A stretch of 58,913 bases of DNA, counting the filler. It is 7 parts of 7 records of this genome, joined end to end, with 100 filler letters (N's around TTAATTAATTAA, not from the genome) between each part and the next. Parts side by side here need not be neighbours in the genome. Positions count along the whole stretch, not along the records: positions 28,290 to 34,379 come from DRR723986_15524; positions 34,480 to 45,257 come from DRR723986_15525; 5 more parts are not named here. One strand, 5' to 3'. Below the pieces are notes generated by a model. That model searched no databases. It saw only the letters and a list, made by a program, of their open reading frames with translations, and had not been told where the DNA came from. The translations under genes and the position numbers were made by a program. Positions 31,726 to 41,303 of the stretch are shown in pieces (positions within the stretch are counted from its first letter, which is position 1; each line of letters begins with the position of its first letter).

Positions 31726-32988
31726 TTACATGACCGCTTCGAGTTTGCTCTGCATGTCGTCGGCCGCCTGTTGCGGGGACTTCATGCCAAGAACCGCTGC
31801 CTGCACCTCGGCGCCGATGATGTCCGAGATCTGGGCACCGTTTTCCAGGGAGGCGATCGAGTTACGCCGTGGAGACACGGCTGAAGCAGCCCAATCTGCC
31901 AGATAGGTATTCGATTTCACGGCTTCCGAAGCGATACCGGCCTTGGTGGCGGGCAGGACGCTCTGGTCGGTCGCATAAGGCACAAGGACATCCGTGGACA
32001 GCAGATACTTGATCCATTCCACTGCCGCGCTGTCAGGTTTGCCGTTCTCGTCACCGAACAGGACCAGGACATGGCCCCACTGCATGGATACAGGCGTATC
32101 GCCTTCCTTCAGGACCGGCGCCTTGACCGGTTTGACGACGGCGTCGATTTCCTCGCCTCTACCGGACAGTTTGCGGGCGAATGAAAGTGCTTGAGGCGCG
32201 TCGATGTAGAAGGCTGTCGCACCATGGGCGAACAGACGGCGCGCGTCTGGCCGGTCGATTTCGGGGGCGGCGAGACGATTCTTGACCGCATCTGCCATGA
32301 ATTCCAGCGCAGCCACTGCTTCAGGAGAATTGACGGCCGGCTTGCCGTCCGCCGTCAGCGGATCGCCGCCGAAGATCCAGACCCAAGTCATGTAGTCGAG
32401 AAGAATGGAGTTGTTGTTCTTCGTGGCAAGGCCAAGCGGAACGGAGTTCGGCACCTTGTCACGCACCTGTTCCAGGGCTGCCTTGAATTCTTCGACTGTT
32501 GTCGGCACTTCGCTGATGCCGGCTTTTTCGAGAACTTCCAGATTTGCGACCATGCCGATGGTGCCGGTGATCCAGGGCAGCGCGACCTGCTTGCCGTTGA
32601 CTTCGCCCATGGAGAGGAAGCCTTCGTCGAAGATGTTCAGCAACTCTTCGCGACCGATGACTTCGTTGAAGTCCTGAAGCTGATCGATGTTGCCAATGAC
32701 CGGCAGCAGTCGACCTTGCGACTGGCCGACATCAGGCAGCGTGTTGGAACGGGCCCGCAAGATATAATTCTTGTTCATCTCGCCCCAGGCATATCCCTGA
32801 AACTCGACCTTGTTGCCGGTATTCTCCTCAAAACCGGCAGCCATCTTGCCCACGATTTCCTTGCCGGTCTCTTCCGCAACCGTCCAGCTCATGAAATCGA
32901 CCTCATCGGCCAGCGCCTGACCAACCGAGGACGACACCATCGCAGCGGCGAAACCCGCCATCAGAACCTGCTTCAGCTTCCTCATCAT
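31726..32988 (-). CDS. Sugar ABC transporter substrate-binding protein
   Basis: Signal peptide ending ALA, SBP family-1 features, GGGAGG RBS. Confidence 0.93.
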   Translation of the reverse strand: MMRKLKQVLMAGFAAAMVSSSVGQALADEVDFMSWTVAEETGKEIVGKMAAGFEENTGNKVEFQGYAWGEMNKNYILRARSNTLPDVGQSQGRLLPVIGNIDQLQDFNEVIGREELLNIFDEGFLSMGEVNGKQVALPWITGTIGMVANLEVLEKAGISEVPTTVEEFKAALEQVRDKVPNSVPLGLATKNNNSILLDYMTWVWIFGGDPLTADGKPAVNSPEAVAALEFMADAVKNRLAAPEIDRPDARRLFAHGATAFYIDAPQALSFARKLSGRGEEIDAVVKPVKAPVLKEGDTPVSMQWGHVLVLFGDENGKPDSAAVEWIKYLLSTDVLVPYATDQSVLPATKAGIASEAVKSNTYLADWAASAVSPRRNSIASLENGAQISDIIGAEVQAAVLGMKSPQQAADDMQSKLEAVM

Positions 32989-33005
32989 TTCCTCCCATGA
33001 AAAGT

Positions 33006-33078
33006 TTGAAACCAAGTTTCAATTTTAAGGCTAGCAGAGCCAATCCATCTCCGCAAGTGAGTTGAAACTTAGTTTCAA
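33006..33078. promoter_or_regulatory. Two 17-bp palindromic operators TTGAAAC-N3-GTTTCAA
   Basis: 33006-33022 TTGAAACCAAGTTTCAA and 33062-33078 TTGAAACTTAGTTTCAA. Confidence 0.8.
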
Positions 33079-33088
33079 AAGTAATTCG

Positions 33089-33898
33089 TCAGACGACACC
33101 ACCATCGACGACAAAGGTCTGGCCGGTGATCATCCGGCTGTCGTCAGCTGCCAGAAACAGCGCCATGCGGGCAACGTCCGGCGGCAGCAGGAATTCCTTC
33201 AGGCACTGCTTGGCGAGGTAGTCATCGAACTTGTCCTGAAAGACCTTTTTCGCCCGGGTGACTTGCCGATCGGTCAGGACCCAGCCGGGGGCAATCGAGT
33301 TCACCCGGATCTTTCGAGGCCCGAGTTCCCGCGCGAGACATTTCGTCAGTCCCTGAACTGCAGATTTTGCAGTCGTGTAGCAAATGAGGGTCGCAACACC
33401 CTGCATCCAGCTGTTGGAGCCCATGTTGATGATGGCACCACCTTCCGCCATATCCGGAAGGACAGACTGCACCGTAAAGAACTGGTGCCTGAGATTGGTG
33501 TTGAAGCGCTCGTCCCAATACTCCGGGGTAATGTCCTCGACAGGCAATCTGTCATCGTTACCTGCGTTGTTGACGAGAACCGTAAGGGACCCGAGGCTTT
33601 CGCGAAGCGCGGCAACGGCCGCTTTCAACTGGCCTATGTCCGTAAGATCTGCAATTCGGAACTGCGGCCTGTTCCCGGTCTCCTGTTCGCAGACTTCCGC
33701 CACGCGGGTGCTGGCTTCCGCGTTGATATCGATGAAACCGACCCTGGCTCCCTGCGCGCAGAAGGCCTCGACCAGATACATGCCGATGCCGGATCCACCC
33801 CCGGTTATCAGCACACCCTTCCCCTTAAGGCTCGGATAATGTGCCGCCTCGATCGGGATTGGTCGCAATTCCTCATGATCGGATGTTTCCAGCGTCAT
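33089..33898 (-). CDS. SDR aldose 1-dehydrogenase (Caulobacter XylB-like)
   Basis: YPSLKGKGVLITGGGSGIG, NNAGNDDR, YWDER..NLRH, YTTAK, QCLK. Confidence 0.88.
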   Translation of the reverse strand: MTLETSDHEELRPIPIEAAHYPSLKGKGVLITGGGSGIGMYLVEAFCAQGARVGFIDINAEASTRVAEVCEQETGNRPQFRIADLTDIGQLKAAVAALRESLGSLTVLVNNAGNDDRLPVEDITPEYWDERFNTNLRHQFFTVQSVLPDMAEGGAIINMGSNSWMQGVATLICYTTAKSAVQGLTKCLARELGPRKIRVNSIAPGWVLTDRQVTRAKKVFQDKFDDYLAKQCLKEFLLPPDVARMALFLAADDSRMITGQTFVVDGGVV

Positions 33899-34379
33899 GC
33901 CGCATCCGCCCGCTCGTTCGTCAGCGCAACGGTTTTGCCGGCCTGATCAAACGCATAAACGGAGGCCAGATCGAAGGTCACCGAAACTTGCGAGCGGTGA
34001 TCCAACCGCCGCTCGCCCGGCAGCCGCACCATGATCGGGCGGGGCTGACCCTCAAGCTGAACGATTGCAAAGGTATCCGAACCGAGATGCTCCGTGGTCT
34101 CGACTGTTCCGGCAAAGACGCCATCGCCATCCGTTCCAAGGCGCAAATGCTCGGGCCGGATGCCGATTTCGCTCACGTTGCCGGCTTCCGCCGAAACCTT
34201 CAGCAAGCCACCCGGCAGCACATATCCGTCCGGTCCCGGCTTCACCGGCACGAAGTTCATTTTCGGCGAGCCGATGAACCCGGCCACGAACCGGTTGACG
34301 GGTCGTTCATATAGGTCAATCGGACTGCCGACCTGCTCGACGACACCGTCCTGCAACACCACGATCTTGTCGGCCAGCG
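33895..34379 (-). CDS. Sugar ABC ATPase, C-terminal part (5' truncated)
   Basis: LADKIVVL, FVAGFIGSPKMN, GIRPEH, TOBE-like end. Confidence 0.92.
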
Positions 34380-34479
34380 NNNNNNNNNNNNNNNNNNNNN
34401 NNNNNNNNNNNNNNNNNNNNNNNTTAATTAATTAANNNNNNNNNNNNNNNNNNNNNNNNNNNNNNNNNNNNNNNNNNNN
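34380..34479. other. Artificial contig linker
   Basis: N44-TTAATTAATTAA-N44. Confidence 0.99.
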
Positions 34480-36623
34480 TAGAGCGCCCTGACCAGGACG
34501 TGCGGAATGATGCTGCACGTCAACTCATGGTGGCGGCAAATCAGAACAAGAGTGACTGGTTTACGACTGGTGGACAATTCGGTGAAACTCACTATTCAGC
34601 GCTTGATCAAATTGAAAAAAGCAATGTTGCAGATCTTGGATTCGCTTGGGATTATGACCTTGGCACCCGCCGAGGTATCGAATCGACACCAGTAATTGTT
34701 GATGGTGTTGTTTACGGCACAGGCACTTGGGGCATCACTTATGCTGTTGACGGCAAAACCGGCCAGGAAGTTTGGCGCTTTGACCCTGAAATGGACTATC
34801 AAATAGCCAAAGACGCTTGCTGCGGTCTGGTCAATCGGGGTGTCGCAGTGTGGGATGGGCTTGTTTATACAGCTGCATTAAACGGCGTGTTATACGCGCT
34901 TGATAAAAACACGGGCGAAGTGGCATGGCAGGCAGATACTTTCGCAGGCGAGCCTGGACGCAAAGCTTCAACCGGAGCCCCCCGTGTCGCGGGCGATATT
35001 GTTGTCATCGGCTTCGGAGGCGCAGACATTGATGCCCGCGGCTACATCACCGCCTATGATCTTAAAACAGGCGAAAAGAGATGGCGTTTTTATACAGTTC
35101 CAGGCACCCCTGAAAAGGCCTATGAGCATGCAGAACTTGAGTGGGCAGCAGAAACATGGGACCCAAATAGCCGCTGGGAAGCTGGGCTTGGCGGCACAGT
35201 TTGGGACAATATGGTCTATGACCCAGAACTGAATTTACTTTATGTGGGGACCGGTAACTCAGCCGTCTATGCGCAAAAGCATAGAAGCCCCAACGGCGGA
35301 GATAACCTGTTTGTTGCCTCCATTCTGGCCATTAACCCTGATGATGGGTCGCTTGTATGGCACTACCAAACGACGCCTGGTGACCAGTGGGACTATACCG
35401 CAACCCAGAATATGATTCTGATCGATATGGAGTTTGATGGCGCGCTTAGAAAAGTTTTGATGCAAGCGCCTAAGAACGGCTTTTTTTATATTTTAGACCG
35501 GATAACCGGCGAACTTTTATCGGCTGAAAAATATGCTCCAGCAAACTGGGCTTCGCATGTGGACATGGAAACCGGAAAACCGGTTCTCACAGAAGCTGCA
35601 GATTTTGTTACCAAGCCAACTGTTATGTGGCCAAGCACACGCGGCGCTCACAATTGGCGGCCAATGTCATACAGTGAAGATACCGGGCTTGTATACATTC
35701 CCGCTTACGAGGCGGTTGATCTCAAGGTGAACCTCTTTCCGCATACTTTCGAATATAATCCGAATTTGTGGTCGGCTGGCGTTTTGCCTCTTCCTTTGAT
35801 AGAGGCGGCTGTTGATGCTGCGGACGGTTTTTATCCTGCGGATGGGTCCATTGATAAAGAATTGCTGAAAAAAATCATCCGCGAAAACAAAGATAAAGTG
35901 CCTCCTAATCGGACAATTCTGAGAGCTTGGGACCCAAAGAAAGAAGAAATCGTTTGGGATATCGAAATTGACCAGTTTGGCAACAGCGGAGCGGTTCTTT
36001 CAACCGCAGGAGGCCTTTTGTTTCACACAAAGCCGGACGGATTACTTAATGTTTATGATGACCAAACTGGGGCGCTGCTAAAATCAATCGACACAGGTAG
36101 CGGCATGATGGCGGCACCGGCTACGTATATGATTGACGGTGAGCAATATGTAGTTGTGATGGCGGGCCTTGGCGGCGGCGGCTTCTTCACCTATCCGCAA
36201 TACACTGCCGCTTATAAATACGGCAATCAAGGTCGGATGATGGCCTTTAAGTTGGGTGGCGGCGAAACGCCCAAGCCTGATGTTGCTGAATGGCCAACTC
36301 AGCCCAAGCCACCAGAGCGTATTGGTGATGCTGAAATGATTGCTAAAGGCAAGCGCGCCTTCGCGTGGAACTGCTCACTGTGTCATGCAAATGCTGGTGT
36401 CGGTTCCATACCCAACCTCAGGAAAATGCAACCCTATACGCACGAAATCTTCAGTGAAATTGTTCTTGAGGGGCTTCTGGTTACCAATGGCATGCCAAGC
36501 TTTGAAGGTGCTCTGAGTGAAGCTGATATTGAGGCCATACATGCATATCTCATTGATATTGCATGGCAGTCCTACGGCTCGACAAACAAGGAATTAGAAG
36601 TGGGAGGGCTAAGCCAGCACTAA
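34480..36623 (+). CDS. Type II quinohemoprotein (PQQ + heme c) dehydrogenase, 5' truncated
   Basis: Trp-docking propeller motifs, vicinal CC (DACCGLVNRG), WDYTA, QAPKNGFFY, C-terminal CSLCH...GMP; frame open to the contig start. Confidence 0.94.
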
Positions 36624-36678
36624 CACATTTTTTTTAAACTATCCGTTAGTGCCTTAGCCCCAAGGAAATAGACACATT

Positions 36679-37674
36679 ATGTTTGATAGAAAAACACCCA
36701 GCCACACGTCAGTTAATCCGGTTGTATCAGCCGTCAATCTCACACGTCTTTTTGTTGCAGCATTACTAGTTTTTGCTGCGAGCTTTGGTTTTTCTCAATC
36801 TGTTGTTTTGGCGATAGATACTGAGCAAGACAAGGAGATTGCGAGTAGTGACAGGAACCTAGTTGAGTCCATGCTTTATCAATGGTGGGCGCCTTTCGAA
36901 GCACCGAATGGCAAGGTCTTTTTGCCCTTTGTAGATCGGGTTTTTGCTGGTGATGCTTACCTAAAAATGGGTGATGTTGAACTCAAGGGTAGAGAAGCCA
37001 TACGGCAATCACTTAAAGCACGCCCTCTAAAGGGGGGCATATCGCATCACTTGGACAGCATGGAAATCACGCCGTTAACGGGGGGCCAGTTTCAGATTGA
37101 TGCCGGTTTCATTTATCAAGTGCAATTGCCGGACGGTAAAGTTCAAGCGGGTAAATCCAGTTACACTCATACTGTTGAAAAACAGAGGGATGGAACTTTC
37201 CGGTTTAAGGTTTTAACGGCAAATTTGGGTGCGCCGATAACAGGCGTTGAGTTTAAAGATACGCACTATATGCATCAAGCCCATGGCACCATCACACAGT
37301 ATTTGGGCATTACGGATTTACTTGATAGCGACTACGCGCGGTTAAGCGATGTTATGACCGACGAAACCGAAATCCACGGCATGTTTGATCCTGCAAAAGA
37401 GACATTTAATGAGCGCGGCGATGGCATTTTGCGCGGCGCTAGGGAAATTAAAGTCTGGCTTTCCAGCCGAAAAAATAATTTCAGCTGGGTATCTCATCAT
37501 CTGACCTCTGTTGATCTTAAGGCTTTGGGTAACAATCGTTTCCAAGCCTCAACAACAATGGATGTGAAAGCCGCTCCTTTGTCTGGCGGTTTGGTTGAGG
37601 TGTCTCTGCCCATCAAACTGACACTTAAAAGCGACGGTAGTCAGTTCATGAAAATTATTAGGGTCGACCGTTAA
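36679..37674 (+). CDS. Secreted protein with probable tandem NTF2/SnoaL-like domains
   Basis: Signal-like N-terminus; two similar halves (LKGREAIR...ISHHL / LRGAREIK...VSHHL). Confidence 0.75.
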   Translation: MFDRKTPSHTSVNPVVSAVNLTRLFVAALLVFAASFGFSQSVVLAIDTEQDKEIASSDRNLVESMLYQWWAPFEAPNGKVFLPFVDRVFAGDAYLKMGDVELKGREAIRQSLKARPLKGGISHHLDSMEITPLTGGQFQIDAGFIYQVQLPDGKVQAGKSSYTHTVEKQRDGTFRFKVLTANLGAPITGVEFKDTHYMHQAHGTITQYLGITDLLDSDYARLSDVMTDETEIHGMFDPAKETFNERGDGILRGAREIKVWLSSRKNNFSWVSHHLTSVDLKALGNNRFQASTTMDVKAAPLSGGLVEVSLPIKLTLKSDGSQFMKIIRVDR

Positions 37675-37739
37675 ATGCAAGCGGCCACACAGCGAGACAC
37701 AGCGAAAAAAACTTCGAATGTAAATGGAGATCCAAGCAT

Positions 37740-39662
37740 ATGAATTCCGATAAAAAAATGGCGCAACCCACCAGCGCAATTGATGAAGTGTTTATTCGCA
37801 AAGTTGTGGAAGAGGCCAACATCGGTGTATTGCGCGTTGCCTTGTATCATCAAACTAAAGACCCTGAGCTTGCGGCGATTCCTTCAATCGAATGGCCGGT
37901 GCGTGGTGGTGCACTCATGGCGTTTAGCCTGCCCAGAGATAGTCATGATATTGTGAAGGAAAAGGCTGTTGCGTATCTTTTAAGCGGTCAAGCACCTCTT
38001 GCGCCGCCGACTAAAAAAGAGTCTGCTGAATTGATGAAGATGTTCACCGGTAAAGAGCAATCGCCCATTGCCGTTGACTACGGCTATGAGGAGTTAGCTT
38101 ATGAGGATATTCCTCGAGATGCACAGTGGAAAACAAAGCCCGATCAATCGGTTTTAGACGACTTTACAGTAACAATTGTTGGTGCAGGTTTAAGCGCATT
38201 TGCAACAGCGATTCAACTGGACCGGTTGGGCATAAAGTGGCGCATTATTGAGCGCCACCCAGACCTTGGCGGCACTTGGCTCATCAACAATTATCCCGAA
38301 GCCCGCGTTGATGTTTCAACTTTTCTGTATCAGTACAAGTTCGAAAAAAACTACCCGTGGGAAAGTTATTACGCACCAAGGGACGAACTGCAAAAATATG
38401 CAAACTATATCGTTGATAAATATGGTTTGCGCGACCGGATGCAGTTTAACTCGAAGTTGGTTTCTGCTGTTTGGCAGGAAAGCGAAAGCAAATGGAAAAT
38501 TACGCTGGAAAAGACAGATGGCACCGAAGAGGTGCTTGAAAGCAATGCAGTCATCAGCGCGAGCGGGCTTTTCAACACGCCGAAACTTCCTGACATTGCT
38601 GGAATAGAAAAATACAAAGGGAAAATGTTTCACACTACAGCGTGGGACCATAGTTTTGATTATAGCGACAAAAAAGTGGCGCTTATAGGCACTGGTTCAA
38701 CCGGCTTACAGCTCGCGCGCGGAGTAGCACTTAAGGCCGGTCATCTTACGGTTTTCCAACGGACTGCAAGTTGGGTGACTCCTGTTAAAGGGTACAGGTC
38801 TAAAATCTCTGAAGGCAAACGGTGGTTATTGGACAATATGCCTGGGTACAACAATTGGTACGTTTACCTCAATTATTACGCTGAACTGCAAATGCAGGAT
38901 TTCCAGGAAATTGATCCAGAATGGGTTGCGAAAGGTGGCCGTGTTAATGAAAAAAATGCCCTCTTTACAGAATCGCTGAAGGAGCAAATTCGAGAGCGCG
39001 TAGGCGATCGTGACGATCTATATGAAAAGCTCGTACCCACTGCTGTGCCCATGTCGCGAAGATTGGTGATCGACAATGATTGGTATGAAACAGTATTGCG
39101 TGACAATGTAACCCTGGAAACGGGCGGCATACAGGAGTTTACAGAGAAGGGTATTCGCACCAAAGACGGTGTAGAGCACGAGTTTGACCTGGTCATTCTG
39201 AGCGCTGGTTTTGATGTCTCGCGCTACCTTCTTCCCGCAAATTATACCGGTGTTGATGGCATAACTTTGGGTGACCTTTGGGACAAGGACGGTGCGCGCG
39301 CGTTTAAGGGTCTCACGTTACCTGGCTTCCCAAACTTTTTTATGATGTATGGCCCAAATGGTCAGGCACGTATTGGTTCCTTCCATTCATGGGCAGAAAA
39401 TTTTGCGCGTTATATCGGCGGGCTGCTTGCGCATACGATAGAGCAAGGTGGTAGCTCTGTGGTTGTTTCCCGAAAGGCATACGATGACTATAACTCGGCG
39501 ATGGATGAGGCCATGAAAGGCCTGCTCTGGGAAACTGAAACCGGCACCGGGTATTATGTAAATCAACATGGTCGTTCGGGCGTTAATATGCCTTGGAATG
39601 TCCATGAATATTATTCGATGGTCAAAGAAATTGACCCCGAAAACTATGAAATCGCTAAGTAG
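37740..39662 (+). CDS. Baeyer-Villiger monooxygenase with N-terminal extension (HAPMO-like)
   Basis: GGTWLINNYPEARVD, fingerprint YKGKMFHTTAW, IGTGSTG, SAGF; 640 aa. Confidence 0.93.
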   Translation: MNSDKKMAQPTSAIDEVFIRKVVEEANIGVLRVALYHQTKDPELAAIPSIEWPVRGGALMAFSLPRDSHDIVKEKAVAYLLSGQAPLAPPTKKESAELMKMFTGKEQSPIAVDYGYEELAYEDIPRDAQWKTKPDQSVLDDFTVTIVGAGLSAFATAIQLDRLGIKWRIIERHPDLGGTWLINNYPEARVDVSTFLYQYKFEKNYPWESYYAPRDELQKYANYIVDKYGLRDRMQFNSKLVSAVWQESESKWKITLEKTDGTEEVLESNAVISASGLFNTPKLPDIAGIEKYKGKMFHTTAWDHSFDYSDKKVALIGTGSTGLQLARGVALKAGHLTVFQRTASWVTPVKGYRSKISEGKRWLLDNMPGYNNWYVYLNYYAELQMQDFQEIDPEWVAKGGRVNEKNALFTESLKEQIRERVGDRDDLYEKLVPTAVPMSRRLVIDNDWYETVLRDNVTLETGGIQEFTEKGIRTKDGVEHEFDLVILSAGFDVSRYLLPANYTGVDGITLGDLWDKDGARAFKGLTLPGFPNFFMMYGPNGQARIGSFHSWAENFARYIGGLLAHTIEQGGSSVVVSRKAYDDYNSAMDEAMKGLLWETETGTGYYVNQHGRSGVNMPWNVHEYYSMVKEIDPENYEIAK

Positions 39663-39697
39663 GATGACTGCCGTCAAACCTGTCGGGGGAGGACTAT

Positions 39698-41227
39698 GTG
39701 AATAGGCGTTATCATCCTTCTCTCATTGCGCGCGATGCGCCGGAGCAAACTGCATGCATTTCAGCGGCTACGGGAGAGACTTTATCATACCGCGCGCTTG
39801 ATGAGGCATCAAATAAGACAGCTCATCTTTTCCGAAGGTTGGGATTGCGTGCGGGTGATTCTGTCGTCATTTTTTGCCAAAATGACCCGCGTTACTATGA
39901 GGTTGTTTGGGCAGCACATCGTGCTGGCTTATATTACACACCTGTCAGTTGGCACTCCAAAGCTGAAGAAATAAAATACGTTATCGAAAACTCATGTGCC
40001 AAAGCGTTTATTGCTTCAGCGCGTTTTTCAGATGTTGCTCGGCAAACAATGGATCGGATTGACGGCCAAGTTAAAGCATTGTCAATTTTAGGTGACATTG
40101 CTGGGTTTGAGCGGCTCGAAATCGCATGCGCAGAATTGCCTGGGACACCTATAGGGGATGAAGTAGCGGGTCGGGAGATGTTGTATACGTCTGGAACAAC
40201 GGGTCGACCAAAGGGTGTGAAATTTCCTTTAAACGGACACCAGATTGAACATACAACCGACAGCGATTTGTACTACAAAGCAGAAGGTTACGGCAAAGAT
40301 GCAGTTGTTCTTGCGCCTGGGCCCGCCTACCACGCATCTCCTTTATTGGCGACAATGGCGGCGCATCGTTTTGGCGCAACTCTTGTTGTAATTGATAAAT
40401 TTGATGCTGAAGAATTACTGCAATTAATTGAAAAGCACCGCGTGACACATCTTGTGTGTGTTCCAACACACTTTCTCCGCTTGCTCAAATTACCTGAAGA
40501 AACGCGCAATAAGTATGATGTCAGTTCTGTTGAGTGGATCGTGCACACAGCCGCGCCCTGCCCAGTCGAAACCAAGTTTGAGATGATTGATTGGTTTGGT
40601 CCTGTGATTGTCGAAATATACAGTGGCACAGAGCGTGTTGGCGGGTCGCTTATTCGCAGTGAGGAATGGCTCGCGCACCCGGGCTCAATCGGGAGAGCGC
40701 CGGGCAATTCGGCACATGTGCTTGATGAGGCAACCTGGGAAGAACTGCCGGTTGGCGAAACCGGTGTAATTTACTTCGAAAGCGATGATGAATTCGCCTA
40801 TCACGGCGATGATGAAAAATCCAAGTCAATGTATTCGCCGCAAGGATGGAAGACACTGGGCGATATCGGTCGAATTGATGAAGATGGATACATCTATCTG
40901 ACTGACCGGAAGTCTAACATGATCATATCCGGCGGTGTGAATGTATATCCGCAGGAATCAGAAAGCAGGCTGATTACCCATCCCAAGGTTGTCGACGTAG
41001 CGGTATTTGGTATCCCGAACGAGGCATTTGGTGAGGAAGTGAAAGCTGTTGTGCAGCCAGCTCCGGGGGTGGACCCAAGTGATGATCTGGCGCTCGAGTT
41101 AATTGCCTACTGCAAAGAAACTCTAGCCTCGCTCAAGTGCCCTCGTTCGATAGATTTTCTTGAGGCGCTTCCAAGAGAAGATAATGGAAAACTATATAAA
41201 AAACAGCTGGTTGAAAGATACTTGTAA
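39698..41227 (+). CDS. Acyl-CoA synthetase (ANL family)
   Basis: LYTSGTTGRPKG, YSGTE, GDIG, NGKLYK. Confidence 0.95.
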   Translation: MNRRYHPSLIARDAPEQTACISAATGETLSYRALDEASNKTAHLFRRLGLRAGDSVVIFCQNDPRYYEVVWAAHRAGLYYTPVSWHSKAEEIKYVIENSCAKAFIASARFSDVARQTMDRIDGQVKALSILGDIAGFERLEIACAELPGTPIGDEVAGREMLYTSGTTGRPKGVKFPLNGHQIEHTTDSDLYYKAEGYGKDAVVLAPGPAYHASPLLATMAAHRFGATLVVIDKFDAEELLQLIEKHRVTHLVCVPTHFLRLLKLPEETRNKYDVSSVEWIVHTAAPCPVETKFEMIDWFGPVIVEIYSGTERVGGSLIRSEEWLAHPGSIGRAPGNSAHVLDEATWEELPVGETGVIYFESDDEFAYHGDDEKSKSMYSPQGWKTLGDIGRIDEDGYIYLTDRKSNMIISGGVNVYPQESESRLITHPKVVDVAVFGIPNEAFGEEVKAVVQPAPGVDPSDDLALELIAYCKETLASLKCPRSIDFLEALPREDNGKLYKKQLVERYL

Positions 41228-41303
41228 GACAAATAATTCATGCGCCAGCTTGGTGTATCAAGAAAATAATGCGGCGTGAGCGTCTACTATAAGGTGTAAA
41301 ACA

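Noticed and set aside
39696-39701. ATG-TGA start-stop overlapping the GTG start of the CoA ligase
   Set aside because: The ATG is only 3 nt from the SD, while the GTG is better spaced; probably incidental.
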